Positions 17,383 through 26,817 of a DNA stretch of 64,000 bases are shown piece after piece (positions within the stretch are counted from its first letter, which is position 1; every line of letters starts with the position of its first letter). The translations under genes were made by a program, and so were the position numbers. The DNA is from a virus: IMG/VR virus record IMGVR_UViG_3300024258_000005; one strand, written 5' to 3'. The notes below the pieces were generated by a model. That model did not search any database. It worked only from the letters and a program-made list of their open reading frames with translations, and had not been told where the DNA came from.

Positions 17383-18421
17383 TAGAGATACTATGGTGAC
17401 ATGGTTTTGTCAAAATTATAAACCTTTAGTTGATGGAATGAAAGAGATTTCACATTTTCCATCTCACAGAACGAATCATCCATTTCATGGTGAAGGTCCT
17501 GTATGGACTCATGTGTTAATGGTAATGACTCATATACAATGTGATGAAACTTTAAGCTCAACCAATAAACAAGTTTTATTAACTGTTGGTTTGCTTCATG
17601 ATATTGGTAAAGTTAGTGCTCATCAAGTAAAAGATGATGGTGAAAAATATTCATTTGAGGGACATGAAGGACTTAGCTTTTTTAAAGCATTAGATATCCT
17701 TGATCACATGGAAAAAGAGGATGATTTCTATAGTAACTTTATGAAACTTACGATTGCAAGAATGGTAAGTTTACATGGAACTGGAATTATTTTTGATGAA
17801 GGAAGTACTGATTATTATTTAGCTCATCGTTTTAGAAAAGCAGATAAAGAAGGTGCAATTAGAAATATTGATGAAAATATATTTGCACAATATCCAAAAA
17901 GAAAAATATCATCAAGAGCTAAAGTTGAAAAAGATAAACATGTTATACTTATGTGTGGATTACCTGGTTCAGGAAAAACTACAGTTGTGGGCGAATATAA
18001 TGGATACTATATTGTATCAAGAGATAATTATATGGAAAAATATTATTATTTATATAATGAAAAAGGTTTAGAAACATCCAATGATATATATCATTGGATT
18101 TATTCTGAAGAAAATTTGCCAAATTTTAATATGGATTTTGATAGATATTTAAATAAAGTAGCAAAAGAACAAGATAAAGTTATAGTTGATATGACATTAT
18201 TGACTGCAGGTAAAAGACGAAACATGTTAAATAGATTTTCAAAATTTAATGCAACATGTGTATGTTTACTAACTGGAGAAAAAGAATTTCATAGAATTAA
18301 TGACCAGCGTGAATTAGAAGGTAGTGGACTTTCTAAAGAACGTTTTAGAGAATTAAAAAAGAAGTTTATATTTCCAATCGAAGCGGAAGGCTTTGAACAG
18401 ATACATGTTAGGACTCGATGA
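17369..18421 (+). CDS. HD-domain phosphohydrolase fused to P-loop (polynucleotide-kinase-like) kinase
   Basis: HGEGPVWTH...LLHDIGK; GLPGSGKTT; VIVDMT...R. Confidence 0.85.
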   Translation: MKLDNRDTMVTWFCQNYKPLVDGMKEISHFPSHRTNHPFHGEGPVWTHVLMVMTHIQCDETLSSTNKQVLLTVGLLHDIGKVSAHQVKDDGEKYSFEGHEGLSFFKALDILDHMEKEDDFYSNFMKLTIARMVSLHGTGIIFDEGSTDYYLAHRFRKADKEGAIRNIDENIFAQYPKRKISSRAKVEKDKHVILMCGLPGSGKTTVVGEYNGYYIVSRDNYMEKYYYLYNEKGLETSNDIYHWIYSEENLPNFNMDFDRYLNKVAKEQDKVIVDMTLLTAGKRRNMLNRFSKFNATCVCLLTGEKEFHRINDQRELEGSGLSKERFRELKKKFIFPIEAEGFEQIHVRTR

Positions 18422-18422
18422 T

Positions 18423-18587
18423 ATGAGTTTTATAAGCTCTGTTGGTTCTATTGGTGGGTCTATGGGTTCTAATATACACAAAAAGTTAAATCCAAATCAT
18501 GATTCTACAAAATTTAATAGGATTGTAGATAAATTAATAAAAAAGGGAAATAAAATAAAAGGTTTTAAAAAAAGTTCCAGATCATAA
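18423..18587 (+). CDS. Small basic hypothetical protein
   Basis: Probable ATG at 18423, just after the upstream stop. Confidence 0.5.
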   Translation: MSFISSVGSIGGSMGSNIHKKLNPNHDSTKFNRIVDKLIKKGNKIKGFKKSSRS

Positions 18588-18718
18588 AGTGCAAAAATTT
18601 GATGACTTTCTCACATCAAGTGGAGAGGAATTTTGAAGGCTCCATTAGAAACATGGAGGAATTAATTAAAGAAGTAGAAATTAGAAGCAGAAGAAGTTTC
18701 TAAATAAAAAGGTTTTAT

Positions 18719-19228
18719 ATGCGAATTAATACGATTGATGTAAAATTTTTAGCCGATCAACATTTATTAGCTGAATGGGTAGAAATTTTAATGTTGAAAC
18801 CATATATTAAACGTTCTATTAATTCTAAAAATGGTTTAGAATTACCAATGGAAAAAACTACTATTTATATTCTTGGAACAGGACATGCTAAATTCTTTTA
18901 TGATAAATTATTGTATGTCCAGAAAAGATATGAAGAAATAGAAGTAGAATTAAAAAAACGTAAATATAATACGAATCCAACATTAGATTTTTCAGACTTA
19001 CCTCTTGAATTATTTAATGATTGGGAACCAACAAGAGAAGATAAAATTTTAAACTTGAATAGAATAATCTCTCGAATTTTATTAAAACCTTTATGGTATA
19101 CATATAAAAAGAGAAATGTAGATTGGATAGAATTTTATGAACACACAATGAATCATAGTTATATACACGATGATTCATATATAGGAAATTTTGGTAATAA
19201 TGTTCAAGCTAAAAAGATAAAACAATAA
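18719..19228 (+). CDS. denV: Pyrimidine-dimer DNA glycosylase (T4 endonuclease V family)
   Basis: MRIN...LADQHLLAE, LGTGH.KFFYDKL. Confidence 0.9.
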   Translation: MRINTIDVKFLADQHLLAEWVEILMLKPYIKRSINSKNGLELPMEKTTIYILGTGHAKFFYDKLLYVQKRYEEIEVELKKRKYNTNPTLDFSDLPLELFNDWEPTREDKILNLNRIISRILLKPLWYTYKKRNVDWIEFYEHTMNHSYIHDDSYIGNFGNNVQAKKIKQ

Positions 19229-19237
19229 GGAGTAATT

Positions 19238-19480
19238 ATGAAACCAGAAGATCAAAGATCTTATAAAGGTAGTGGACATAAAGTTGATTATCATGTGAGA
19301 GAAAATGGTAAGCCTATTGGTAATTGGTGGGAAGATGTTGCTTCCCCTCACAGTAAAAGTAAATTAGTAATGGGTTTAGAAAATGAGATACATCAAGGTA
19401 TCGAAGAATTTGAGCATCAACGAGCAGAAGATTCAGAAGAACATAGAAAACTTATTATAGAAGGAATTTCTGATCTTTAA
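19238..19480 (+). CDS. Hypothetical protein
   Basis: 80 aa, AAGGAG RBS. Confidence 0.7.
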   Translation: MKPEDQRSYKGSGHKVDYHVRENGKPIGNWWEDVASPHSKSKLVMGLENEIHQGIEEFEHQRAEDSEEHRKLIIEGISDL

Positions 19481-19615
19481 AGATAGAAAATAAATGATCT
19501 TTAAAGATCATTTTAGTCAAAAAAAAGCGATCTTTAAAGATAGAAAAATTTTACAATTATAGTCAATAAATTTATTAACTATAATTTAAAAAAACAATAA
19601 ACGATCTTTAAAGAT
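19473..19615. repeat. Four copies of palindrome ATCTTTAAAGAT in an AT-rich intergenic region
   Basis: Copies start at 19473, 19497, 19530 and 19604. Confidence 0.9.
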
Positions 19616-19736
19616 AGAAATTTAAATAAGGAATGAAAATGAGATTAAAATATTTTAAAAAATATTTGCATAATATTATAAAAGATCTGTATTTTAAAAA
19701 ATATAGTTCTTTGGGTATAGATAAAAAAATTATAGA

Positions 19737-19788
19737 TGCGAATTATTAGGAGAAGTTAAATTAATTTAACTTCTCCTAATAATTCGCA
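19737..19788. repeat. 52-bp perfect palindrome (no loop)
   Basis: TGCGAATTATTAGGAGAAGTTAAATT|AATTTAACTTCTCCTAATAATTCGCA. Confidence 0.9.
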
Positions 19789-19813
19789 ATCAGCTGCTCT
19801 TTCTAATCTAATT

Positions 19814-20551
19814 ATGGATTATCATAAATTAGATTTAGAGGTAGAACCATATTTTCAATCTGATGGTTTACGTGAAATTGTAATGCTTCATACTATTGCA
19901 GATGAATCAATGGAAATAGCTGCAAAACATTTTGATGACGTAACAAAAGAAGTTATTAATATTCTTAAAATGTTTAGCTCAGAAAGTTGTTTAGTTGGTG
20001 GAGCAGTTAGAGATATAATTGCAGGATATGAAGAAAATGATTATGATTTTGTAACTGATACAGGTTATGATATTTTAACTGAAGTATTTGAAATGAATGG
20101 TTTTAAATGTATAGAGACAGGACTACAATTTTTAGTTCTAAATATTAGTAAGGATGGTATGAAGTATGAGATTGCAAATTTTAGAAAAGATGGAACATAT
20201 ACAGATGGTAGACGGCCTGATAGTGTTTCAATCGGGACTATTGATGACGATGCTAATAGGAGAGATTTCTCAATTGGCGCATTGTATTATAATCTTAAAA
20301 CAGGTCATGTCTTAGACCCTACTGGTTTAGGTCTTTTAGATTTATCTAATAAGACCTTATGTTTTGTTGGTAACCCGGAAAACCGTTTAAATGAAGACCT
20401 TTTAAGAGTTTATAGATTTTATAGATTCATATGCAAAGGTTTTAAACCTGAAAGTAATTCATTAACTGCTGTTAGACGACACTTTAAATGTGCACAAAAA
20501 ACGGTTGCACCTGAAAGAGTTAAAGATGAACTTGAGAAAATGGTTTTATGA
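19814..20551 (+). CDS. Class II tRNA nucleotidyltransferase (CCA-adding/poly(A) polymerase family), lacking a tail domain
   Basis: LVGGAVRD..DYDF, RRDF, EDLLRVYR motifs; 245 aa. Confidence 0.85.
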   Translation: MDYHKLDLEVEPYFQSDGLREIVMLHTIADESMEIAAKHFDDVTKEVINILKMFSSESCLVGGAVRDIIAGYEENDYDFVTDTGYDILTEVFEMNGFKCIETGLQFLVLNISKDGMKYEIANFRKDGTYTDGRRPDSVSIGTIDDDANRRDFSIGALYYNLKTGHVLDPTGLGLLDLSNKTLCFVGNPENRLNEDLLRVYRFYRFICKGFKPESNSLTAVRRHFKCAQKTVAPERVKDELEKMVL

Positions 20552-20742
20552 AAGATGTAAAATATCTGGATTCTCCTTATCCAGAAACTTTTAAAAAAAT
20601 ATGTGAAAGCGCATTTAAAGATGGGTATGTTCCATGTACTGATCAACCAACTGTAAATTTTGGAACAAGCACTTTTTCTGATCAACATATATTATTAGTT
20701 GAAAAAGAAATTAAAGAAGAAATTATAAAAAAAGGATTTTAA
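20548..20742 (+). CDS. Hypothetical protein
   Basis: 64 aa, ATGA overlap. Confidence 0.6.
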   Translation: MKDVKYLDSPYPETFKKICESAFKDGYVPCTDQPTVNFGTSTFSDQHILLVEKEIKEEIIKKGF

Positions 20743-20952
20743 ATGGCAAAAAGAGCGGTAAAATTAAAGCCTCAAACGGAGGCAAAGTTAAAAGAATTAT
20801 TACATAAAATGCAAACATATAAAACAAAAGCTATGTCAAGTCTACAATCAGGTGACTTAGGTAAAGCAAGTTTAATGTTTAATTTAGATGCTAGAAATTC
20901 TGATGAAATAAGTGAATTGCTTAAAAAGGAAAATGATGGTAGTAACGGTTAA
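20743..20952 (+). CDS. Hypothetical protein
   Basis: 69 aa, AAGGA RBS. Confidence 0.65.
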   Translation: MAKRAVKLKPQTEAKLKELLHKMQTYKTKAMSSLQSGDLGKASLMFNLDARNSDEISELLKKENDGSNG

Positions 20953-21208
20953 ATATAAATGGAATAAAAATGAGATTACATTTAAAGCTTTTTCAAATGA
21001 AGTATCTGCTTTTAAATTTATGGATAAGATAGCAAATGATACATCATATTCAGAAGTTGCACCTTTAGTAGACTATTCAAATGTTGCAATATATAAAGAA
21101 AAATTTGAATTATTATTTCAAAGATTATTAGACCAAGCAGATAATGTTGCTAATGTAAATGTTAAAAGCAAAATCGAAAAAGAAGAACCAACAAAGAAAA
21201 CATTTTAA
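20933..21208 (+). CDS. Hypothetical protein
   Basis: Start moved to the ATG after AAGGA. Confidence 0.6.
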   Translation: MMVVTVKYKWNKNEITFKAFSNEVSAFKFMDKIANDTSYSEVAPLVDYSNVAIYKEKFELLFQRLLDQADNVANVNVKSKIEKEEPTKKTF

Positions 21209-21218
21209 AGGAATTAAT

Positions 21219-21440
21219 ATGGTATTAAAGAACGTAAGTGAAGCAGAATATGAATTATATTACTGGCAATTTAGTGATGGTGATAATTTTAGTACAAGAT
21301 TATTTCAAGCAATATCAAAAGCTGATACAAGTAATTTGAATAAACTTGCTAAGGGTTTCCCAGAAGAAGTTGCAGTATATAGAAGATATGCAAATGACGA
21401 TGGTTATTGGGATGATGTTCAAAAAAGAATCAAAGAGTAA
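21219..21440 (+). CDS. Hypothetical protein
   Basis: Start moved to ATG 21219 after AAGGA; FSTRLFQAISKAD..NL.KLAKGFPEEV motif. Confidence 0.65.
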   Translation: MVLKNVSEAEYELYYWQFSDGDNFSTRLFQAISKADTSNLNKLAKGFPEEVAVYRRYANDDGYWDDVQKRIKE

Positions 21441-21575
21441 TTATGAAAGCTATGGGAACAGATGAACAAGTGTTTGATAATAAATACTATGATTGGACGG
21501 GTAACCAAGCGAGGCGTTCTCAAAGACTTCGTAATAAAAAATCGAAGAAAACAATTAGAAGATTAAAGGATAATA

Positions 21576-22958
21576 ATGAAATTTACATTTAATAAAACAG
21601 AGTATACATTAATACTCTTAAATGTTGCAGGTAGTAGATTATATGGAAATGCAACTGAAAAATCTGATTACGATTACAGAGGTGTCTTTATAGCTGATAA
21701 GTCTATGCATATTTCATTAAATGAAAACGTAGAACAATTAGGTGGTAAGACTGGAAAAGGTGCATCAGGTGAACAATTATGTCAAGCACTTTTAGACGCT
21801 GGTATTAATATGAAATTTACAGATGATGTTGTTCTATATGAGATTAGAAGATTTATGGAGTTAGGATTGGATGCTAATCCTAACATAATGGATAGTATAA
21901 ATTTTAATTATACAAATAAAGAGAATTGTATTTATATTAACGATGCAGGTCAAAAACTATTAGATAATCAAAGTTTGTTTATGAGTAAGAAACTCAAACA
22001 TACATTCTCAGGTTATGCATTTGCACAATTAAAAAAGATTCAAAGTCATAATAAATGGATTACTGAATTTCCTGATACTAGTAAAGTTATCAAAATTTTA
22101 GAAGATGCTTTACATATAGACAAAGCAATTGATTTTGATTTTATTGTTCAAAACTTTGGTGGCCCTTTAGCAGAAGAAATTACAGGAGAAACAGCTCAAG
22201 AACATACTTCAATTAATGATAGTTATAGTTGGGACAATTTTGTTTTAAGTTATGAAACAATAGATTTTGATTTAAATAAATATAGACTTCCAAGACTTTA
22301 TGATTATACAAAAGCTTTTGATTTAAAGGCTAAGCCTTTAAATAAAGATAAAAGTATTACATTAATAAATAGTTCTACTATAGTACATACAACATCTACA
22401 CCAAAAGAGTTATTGATGAGTACTGGTGGTTTTCGTGCAATTGGTGGTAGTATATATACTATTTTTGATATGATTGCAAATAAACCTTTAGGTGGTGTTT
22501 ATGATTTAAATGGAAACGTTAAAACTCATCCTCCAAAAGAAGTAGGGGATTTTAGATTCATTGCAATTTTTGATAAAAATGAATACAAGAAACATACTGA
22601 TCATATTAATAATATGTGGCATTGGAAAATTAAGCGTAATAAATCAAGAGCTGTACTCGAAGATGAATTTGGTTATGATACCAAACATGCTAGCCATTTA
22701 GTACGATTACTTTTAAGTGCGATGGACTTAATACAAACAGGTAAATTTGTACCTGAACTTAGTGGAGACACTTTGCAAATTGTAAAAGATACGAGAGCTG
22801 GTCTTTATACTTATGAAACTGTTTTAACAATGGCTAATGAGTATGAAACTAAATTGAATGATTATTATGCATCTAAAGATTGTCCTTTACCTGATAAGCC
22901 AAATAGAGTTGCAGCTGATAAATTATTGATTGATATGATAAATGAAAATAATAGATAA
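21576..22958 (+). CDS. Pol-beta superfamily nucleotidyltransferase (RlaP/Nuc-transf type) with a large central insertion
   Basis: GSRLYG...SDYDYRGVF, ANPNI and GYDTKHASHLVRL motifs. Confidence 0.85.
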   Translation: MKFTFNKTEYTLILLNVAGSRLYGNATEKSDYDYRGVFIADKSMHISLNENVEQLGGKTGKGASGEQLCQALLDAGINMKFTDDVVLYEIRRFMELGLDANPNIMDSINFNYTNKENCIYINDAGQKLLDNQSLFMSKKLKHTFSGYAFAQLKKIQSHNKWITEFPDTSKVIKILEDALHIDKAIDFDFIVQNFGGPLAEEITGETAQEHTSINDSYSWDNFVLSYETIDFDLNKYRLPRLYDYTKAFDLKAKPLNKDKSITLINSSTIVHTTSTPKELLMSTGGFRAIGGSIYTIFDMIANKPLGGVYDLNGNVKTHPPKEVGDFRFIAIFDKNEYKKHTDHINNMWHWKIKRNKSRAVLEDEFGYDTKHASHLVRLLLSAMDLIQTGKFVPELSGDTLQIVKDTRAGLYTYETVLTMANEYETKLNDYYASKDCPLPDKPNRVAADKLLIDMINENNR

Positions 22959-23175
22959 ATCTTCATTATTTATTGAGCCAGGACTTTATGATATTACTTA
23001 TACTCGATCAAACAATCATTCACATATAATTACGATTGAAATTGATAGTGAAATTACACATGGTGAATTATTTAAATCTTTAAAGAATGATAGAAATATA
23101 AGACTTTACAAAATGAATTCTATAAAGAAGCTTGAAAATTTATCAAGTACTACATATATAAAAAAAGCATTATAA
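22942..23175 (+). CDS. Hypothetical protein
   Basis: 77 aa; overlaps neighbours; resembles the next ORF (PGL...ITY). Confidence 0.6.
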   Translation: MKIIDKSSLFIEPGLYDITYTRSNNHSHIITIEIDSEITHGELFKSLKNDRNIRLYKMNSIKKLENLSSTTYIKKAL

Positions 23176-23417
23176 TGTTTAATATTGTAGAATCAAAAGA
23201 TAAGTTTTATAAACCTGGTCTAGTAAAAATCACTTATGAATTGTCAAATAGTAATAATCAAATTGAAAAAGAATTATATGCAGATGATTATTATACAAAG
23301 GAACAATTGGTTGAATATTTAAAGGGAATAATTCCAAATATTGATACAAATTTAAAGAGAATTCAACTAAATGTTGAATCTGTTTATAAGCACAAAAATA
23401 GATTAGGAACATTTTAA
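23175..23417 (+). CDS. Hypothetical protein
   Basis: 80 aa, TAATG coupling. Confidence 0.6.
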   Translation: MFNIVESKDKFYKPGLVKITYELSNSNNQIEKELYADDYYTKEQLVEYLKGIIPNIDTNLKRIQLNVESVYKHKNRLGTF

Positions 23418-23426
23418 GGAGAATAA

Positions 23427-24746
23427 ATGACAAACGGAAATGAAAGACAACAGATAATATTTGCTGACTTTATTAAAAATGTTAAAGCATTAATGGATGA
23501 AGCTGAAACGCTTCCACATTTAGTTTATAGTTTAATAGGTTCTGCTGGAACAGGTAAGACTTGGCTAACTGCTGAAATTATCAAAGCTATTAGAGATGAA
23601 GGTATTGATGTTGCTATGACAACACCTACACATAAAGCTCTTGGTGTTATCACTGAGATGCTAGAAAAGAATAAAATATCAGAAGATGTAACAAAAGCAA
23701 CTATTCACTCATTCTTAAATCTAAAATTAGATTATGGTTTTGGTGAAGATGGTAATTCTGATAATGTTACAACTAAGCCTAAGTTAAAGGTTAATAAATT
23801 TAATGAATGTATCCAACATACAGATATCCTTATCCTGGATGAGAGTTCAATGGTATCAGAAGAGCTTTATAATTTAACGCTAAGTATTCTTGGTGATCGA
23901 TGTAAAATGATTCTTTTTGTTGGAGATCAATTTCAATTAAAGCCTATTGAGGGTGGTGAAAATATTATTTATAATCATCCTGATATTGTACATTATGAAC
24001 TTATAGAAACTGTTAGACAAAAAGAAGGTAGTTCTGTGATTGCTAAGGCTAATGAGATTAGAGATTATATTAAGTATCAAAACTATCCTCCAAATATTTA
24101 TGATTTATTTGAAGAGACAGATGAGATTAAATTATTAACAGATGGTGAATTTCTTCCTATTTATTTTCAAGATGAAAGTAAAAAGATGGTTGGAAGTTAT
24201 ACAAATGCTATGGTTGATCAATATAATAAATATGTTAGATATGTTGAAACAAAAGAACTTGAATACCTTTGTGATCAAGATGAGGTTGTATTTCAAAAAC
24301 CTTATACAAATTCAATGGGCGAAGTTATATTCCAAAATGGAGAACAAGTTGCAATACAAAGTACTAAACTAGTTCAAGATTTACCAACTGGTTTTTGGTA
24401 TTGGAGATGTAAGGGTAATGGGCGAATGTTTAATATCTTAGATCCTCAAAGTGAAGTTCTTTTTAAAACAAAGATGGCAGACTTAGCGGAAGTAGCAAAG
24501 AGCTCTTCTGGTTTTAATAAAACCAAAGCTTGGAAAAGTTTCTTTAAATTACAATCAAAGTTTGGTCAAGTAAAATATTCATATGCAAGTACTCTACATA
24601 AACTTCAGGGTTCAACCTATGAAGCAATGTATTTTGATATGAGAGATCTAGGTAAATTCTATAGAAGAGACCCAGATAACATTCTTAGATTGATTTATGT
24701 TGCGATTACAAGAACGTCAGATAAGCTATATATCTTAAATGATTAA
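23427..24746 (+). CDS. dda: Dda/RecD-like SF1B DNA helicase
   Basis: GSAGTGKT, TPTHKA, ILDESSM, VGDQFQL, ETVRQ, YASTLHKLQGST, YVAITR. Confidence 0.9.
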   Translation: MTNGNERQQIIFADFIKNVKALMDEAETLPHLVYSLIGSAGTGKTWLTAEIIKAIRDEGIDVAMTTPTHKALGVITEMLEKNKISEDVTKATIHSFLNLKLDYGFGEDGNSDNVTTKPKLKVNKFNECIQHTDILILDESSMVSEELYNLTLSILGDRCKMILFVGDQFQLKPIEGGENIIYNHPDIVHYELIETVRQKEGSSVIAKANEIRDYIKYQNYPPNIYDLFEETDEIKLLTDGEFLPIYFQDESKKMVGSYTNAMVDQYNKYVRYVETKELEYLCDQDEVVFQKPYTNSMGEVIFQNGEQVAIQSTKLVQDLPTGFWYWRCKGNGRMFNILDPQSEVLFKTKMADLAEVAKSSSGFNKTKAWKSFFKLQSKFGQVKYSYASTLHKLQGSTYEAMYFDMRDLGKFYRRDPDNILRLIYVAITRTSDKLYILND

Positions 24747-24904
24747 ATACAAATAAAAGGGGACAATTATAATGTTAACACAAAGAGAAATATACGACAG
24801 CATATACAAAGCAAAGGTTTTTGAATTTAAACTTTCACATTCGGATGATAAGTCATCGCGATTAGCAAACATGTATGCTATAAAACATACATGGGAGTTA
24901 TTTA

Positions 24905-25303
24905 ATGAGCAACGCCGACAAAAAAACTGCTAATTATAGATTCACCGGTGAATTAGAAAAGAGAAATTCTTCTCAAATTCATATGCATGGTCATGTAAAA
25001 ATTCTTTTAAGAAATGTTCGTTTAAATGGTAATTTATTATTTCGAGATCATGTGTGGATAAAAGATTCTAAGATTTTTAATAAAATAAAAATTGGCGATG
25101 TTTTATGCTTCACAGGAAAGTTGGAATATTATATGAATGGTGATACTCAGAAAAAAGATAAATTAGGCATTGTTGGAATTAGGAATTTAAAAGTACTAAA
25201 AAACAATAAAAGATTTATTCGAAATGATGAGCCATATATCTTGAATAAATGGATGAAAATTTTAAAGACTAAGTATGACACCAAAAGAAATTCTAAAAAA
25301 TAA
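24905..25303 (+). CDS. Hypothetical protein (possible OB-fold)
   Basis: 132 aa; FTG..KR...LLRNV...DHVW...GD...FTG. Confidence 0.65.
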   Translation: MSNADKKTANYRFTGELEKRNSSQIHMHGHVKILLRNVRLNGNLLFRDHVWIKDSKIFNKIKIGDVLCFTGKLEYYMNGDTQKKDKLGIVGIRNLKVLKNNKRFIRNDEPYILNKWMKILKTKYDTKRNSKK

Positions 25304-25547
25304 GATGACACTCATCACAACACTTGTAAAAGATATGTTCTTAGATGATTGGTATTATGTTTATAATGATAGACGAAAGTATGGTAGAAGAATTAAAATT
25401 GTTAATCGAAGATTTACATTTTCTAAACAAGATGAAATTCGATTAAATAAAGAGTTGGTTAAATATGATTATGTAATTTTAAAACATGGTTTTGTTAAAT
25501 CTAAAAATTATAAAGATTATTATGCTATACATTTAAAAGATCTTTAA
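25275..25547 (+). CDS. Hypothetical protein
   Basis: 90-aa basic ORF. Confidence 0.6.
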   Translation: MTPKEILKNKMTLITTLVKDMFLDDWYYVYNDRRKYGRRIKIVNRRFTFSKQDEIRLNKELVKYDYVILKHGFVKSKNYKDYYAIHLKDL

Positions 25548-25603
25548 TGATCGTTTTAGATAGTATAGAAATAATACTTAAACAAGATTACGAAGGAATA
25601 TAA

Positions 25604-26515
25604 ATGAGCTTTTATATAGAAAAATTAGACGAAGAACAAAATGTTTTTGGCGATGAAATAGCTAAAGTTGAGCTATGGGATTTTAGTAGAGCAAATACTA
25701 ATGATGAATCTCGAATTGAAGCGATTACAACTGTAGCCTCAATATGTTATGATAACCCAAATGTAATTGGGAAAGAGAATCTATATAATAGATTGAAAGC
25801 TGAAGCAATGGGTCTACCAAGTTCAAGTTTTGAATTTGTACCTATCCTTTTAGATAATGATGAATTTGATACAATTGTTATGTTCTATGTAGCTGCATTT
25901 AGAGACGATGATGGAAATGATGATAGATTCATTTTAAACATTGAAAAGTATGGTCAATGGATTATAGAAGATGGTGTTGAATATCTTCTTACTAATTATC
26001 GTGCACTATTAGCTGATCATGAAAGAATTAAAAATGTTTATCAATATCAAGATATTACTCAATTTTATAATGATGAAGCAGATTGTAAAGTTATAGAAAA
26101 ATACTCAAAGACATTTTTATATAAAATGGACATCAGTACAAGTAAACAACATAATCGTCACCGTGTTTCTCTTCAAGAACTTAGTCGTCGTTACGTTTCA
26201 GGGAAGAAGACTAAATTTGAATTTTACCATTCAACTGGATTAAAAGTAGTTGAGAGTACAAATAAAAATAATCCTAGTGTAACTACAGAGTCATTAACAG
26301 ATATGATGATTGATCATTATTTTGCTGCATTGGATGCTGGTGTTAAAGCGCAAGAAGCTAGACGCATATTACCTCAATCAATGTACACAACTATTTGGTC
26401 AAGTTTCTTACCTTTCCAATTAGACAATTATTTAGCGTTACGCGATGATTTACATGCACAACAAGAAATAATGTGGTTATCGCAAGCTATGAAGAGATTA
26501 CTAAAGGTCGCGTAA
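25604..26515 (+). CDS. thyX: Flavin-dependent thymidylate synthase
   Basis: SSFEF, HNRHRVSLQELSRRY, QEARRILPQS, HAQQEI. Confidence 0.85.
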   Translation: MSFYIEKLDEEQNVFGDEIAKVELWDFSRANTNDESRIEAITTVASICYDNPNVIGKENLYNRLKAEAMGLPSSSFEFVPILLDNDEFDTIVMFYVAAFRDDDGNDDRFILNIEKYGQWIIEDGVEYLLTNYRALLADHERIKNVYQYQDITQFYNDEADCKVIEKYSKTFLYKMDISTSKQHNRHRVSLQELSRRYVSGKKTKFEFYHSTGLKVVESTNKNNPSVTTESLTDMMIDHYFAALDAGVKAQEARRILPQSMYTTIWSSFLPFQLDNYLALRDDLHAQQEIMWLSQAMKRLLKVA

Positions 26516-26817
26516 TGGAATTTAAAACATATACTGATTCAAATACTTTAATTATGTCATTTGAATCAGGTGAACCATTTAATGCTAATATTTTAATAGA
26601 TGCTGAAAAGTGTTTTAAAGAATTAGATAATGATAAAGACATTAGTGTTCAATTGTTAGGTAATATACCATTTGAAATATTAGCTTATGTTTTAGAAGTA
26701 TCGATGTTCTGTCAAATGAATATTTTGATTCCTGATGATGAAAGAGGCTATAATTTCTTAATTGATTTAAAAGATAAGAAAAAATTAAAAACAAAAATAA
26801 GGAGAGATTATGGCTAA
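26515..26817 (+). CDS. Hypothetical protein
   Basis: Start moved to 26515 (TAATG overlap). Confidence 0.65.
   Translation: MEFKTYTDSNTLIMSFESGEPFNANILIDAEKCFKELDNDKDISVQLLGNIPFEILAYVLEVSMFCQMNILIPDDERGYNFLIDLKDKKKLKTKIRRDYG

Noticed and set aside
19737-19788. Confirmed protelomerase (hairpin telomere) site
   Set aside because: No protelomerase gene is in the window and the sequence matches no site I can recall; kept only as a hypothesis in the findings
23076-23087. Near-match ATCTTTAAAGAA to the palindrome
   Set aside because: It lies inside a coding region, lacks the CG flank, and is expected by chance in AT-rich DNA
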